DNA from: an uncultured Gammaproteobacteria bacterium
GTDB lineage: Bacteria; Patescibacteriota; Patescibacteriia; Magasanikbacterales; GWA2-37-8
Assembly: GCA_964535515.1 (NCBI GenBank)
Contig: CAZHTA010000002.1
Location: 684-64,683 of the forward strand
Direction of reading: 5' to 3'
Length of the DNA stretch: 64,000 bases
The position numbers and the translations under genes are program-made. The notes beneath the pieces are model-generated. The model saw nothing but the letters and a program-made list of their open reading frames with translations. It had not been told where the DNA came from and searched no databases. Below, in pieces: positions 62,329-64,000 of this stretch (position 1 is its first letter; every line of letters starts with the position of its first letter).

Positions 62329-62445
62329 CTATTTTATCAAAACAGTGGCGGGTATAGCAAGAACATTGTAACATAATATATTTAAAAAATCAAGATATCC
62401 GCCAATTTGAACCATTTTACAATCTATGATACAATGATCAGTGTT

Positions 62446-63915
62446 ATGGATACTGAAAATCGCATCAATTTCTTGCAACCACAACCACTAACCCCAACCC
62501 CTGAACCGCGCCGTCCCAAAAAGGCCGGGTTATTTTTTATTTTCCTCATAATCGCCTTCTTTTTGGTAGGTTATGGCTATCGCCAATACTCCTTAAACGA
62601 ATGGCCAAAAGAGGCGAACGGCTATGATCCAGTCACCTTAAAACCTAAAAAGACTAGCGTTTTCCAAGTAGTAAAAAACTTTGTTTTCCACTCTGACAAC
62701 CTTTTGGTAGGACAAGACAAAGACAGAGTCAATATTCTACTTTTAGGCATGGGCGGCGCTGGGCATGACGGACCGTATTTGACTGATACCAATATCATCT
62801 TAAGCGTCCAACCTAGCACTAAACAACTTGCCATGGTTTCTGTACCACGTGATTTGGGGGTTAATATTAGTGATGGAATTAGAAAAATTAACTACGCTAA
62901 CGCTTTTGGCGAAGCCAACAATCCTGGAACCGGCGGTGAATACGCTCGCCAAATATTTCAAAAAACCTTTAATCTGGACATCCCCTACTATGTCCGGGTG
63001 GATTTTAAAGCCTTTGAAGAATTAATCAACGAAGTAGGTGGGGTAACTGTTGATGTCACTCGCGCCTTTACTGATTCACAATTCCCTGGCCCTAACCATT
63101 CTTATCAAACAATCATCTTCGAAGCCGGTAACCAATCAATGAACGGCGAACGTGCGTTACAATACGCTCGCAGTCGACACGGTAATAACGGTGAGGGATC
63201 AGATTTTGCTCGCGCTCGTCGTCAACAACAAATCTTAACTGCCCTTAAAGAAAAACTTTTATCTTTTGGCACTTACACCAACCCAATCCGAGTACAAAAT
63301 ATTTTACAAACACTTTCAGAACACATCACCACTAATTTAGATTTTGGCCAATTAATGTATTTAGCAAATTTAGGGCGTGAAGCCAATGAAGGAATCAAGA
63401 TGTTAGTGTTAGACAATGGCAACACAGGTTTCCTAAACTCTTCAATCGCCCCCTCCGGCGCTTTTATTCTTTCTCCTCGCACTGGTAATTACGACAACAT
63501 TAAATTAGCAAAAAAAAACATTTTTAGTGATGAAATTGCCCAGACTGCTCCACCAACTCCAATCGAAAATCAATCAATTTTCCCAACCGCTAAAATTGAA
63601 ATTCAAAATGGCACCTGGATCCCTGGGTTGGCCGCTTTAGTACAAAAGAAACTACAAGACACTGGCTTCACTGTTTTAGCACCCGGCAATAGTGCACAGC
63701 GTCCTTGGGATAAGACTTACATTTACGTCATAAAAAAGAACATCGCGCCAGAAATCACCAACGCGATTGCTAATGAATTAAGCGCCGAGGTAAAAACCGG
63801 CCTGCCAAGTTGGTTGCCGTTGGTTAACACTAGCACCATATCCGCAACGGAAAATATCGGGTATAATAAAGAAGCAGACATTCTAATTATTTTAGGAACT
63901 GATACTAAACAATAA
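62446..63915 (+). CDS. LCP (LytR-CpsA-Psr) family protein with LytR_C domain
   Basis: NILLLG, TDT, SVPRD, ARSRH, DFARARRQQ; C-terminal IQNGT..GLA. Confidence 0.92.
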   Translation: MDTENRINFLQPQPLTPTPEPRRPKKAGLFFIFLIIAFFLVGYGYRQYSLNEWPKEANGYDPVTLKPKKTSVFQVVKNFVFHSDNLLVGQDKDRVNILLLGMGGAGHDGPYLTDTNIILSVQPSTKQLAMVSVPRDLGVNISDGIRKINYANAFGEANNPGTGGEYARQIFQKTFNLDIPYYVRVDFKAFEELINEVGGVTVDVTRAFTDSQFPGPNHSYQTIIFEAGNQSMNGERALQYARSRHGNNGEGSDFARARRQQQILTALKEKLLSFGTYTNPIRVQNILQTLSEHITTNLDFGQLMYLANLGREANEGIKMLVLDNGNTGFLNSSIAPSGAFILSPRTGNYDNIKLAKKNIFSDEIAQTAPPTPIENQSIFPTAKIEIQNGTWIPGLAALVQKKLQDTGFTVLAPGNSAQRPWDKTYIYVIKKNIAPEITNAIANELSAEVKTGLPSWLPLVNTSTISATENIGYNKEADILIILGTDTKQ

Positions 63916-63916
63916 T

Positions 63917-64000
63917 ATGCCTACACCAGCTAAAATTATCGAGACTACCCTCCCGACAGTAGCAATTGTCGGCCGAGTCAATGTGGGAAAATCCACTCTG
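63917..64000 (+). CDS. der: Ribosome biogenesis GTPase Der (5' fragment, runs off window)
   Basis: MPTPAKIIETTLPTVAIVGRVNVGKSTL. Confidence 0.75.
   Translation, partial: MPTPAKIIETTLPTVAIVGRVNVGKSTL

Noticed and set aside
1-64000. rRNA, CRISPR array, prophage, transposase, genetic code 25
   Set aside because: None seen; core genes translate full length with TGA as stop.

Overview
AT-rich bacterial chromosome segment, most likely Patescibacteria (CPR)/Parcubacteria. This is inferred from SD-less AT-rich translation starts, VirB2-like pilin fusions, DUF4012, stand-alone PEP-utilising domains, tRNA-Ile(UAU) and tRNA-Arg(GCG). Housekeeping content: rodA, gyrB with a 432-aa HNH intein, secE-nusG-rplK (no rplA after it), queA, mltG, rluA-like, gmk, rplS, uvrA, secG, rnj, attenuator-controlled orphan trpB, D-LDH, rnpB, glycosyltransferases, Nramp/MgtE, PMM/PGM, clpC, radA, recG, TrmB, LCP, the 5' end of der, and four tRNAs. 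Top finding: an ORF-less, GC-rich ~640-nt unit at ~141-785 with its own sigma70 promoter and about 17 consecutive hairpins, a candidate large structured ncRNA. It is one of a set of GC-rich islands sharing a promoter / SD-led payload / long 3' hairpin architecture, several with a boxA-like element. Two smaller ORF-less promoter-terminator units (~43.8 kb, ~59.1 kb) and a modular DsbA + Cys-rich pilin-hydrolase system are also present. All calls are by eye; no searches or folding programs were run.
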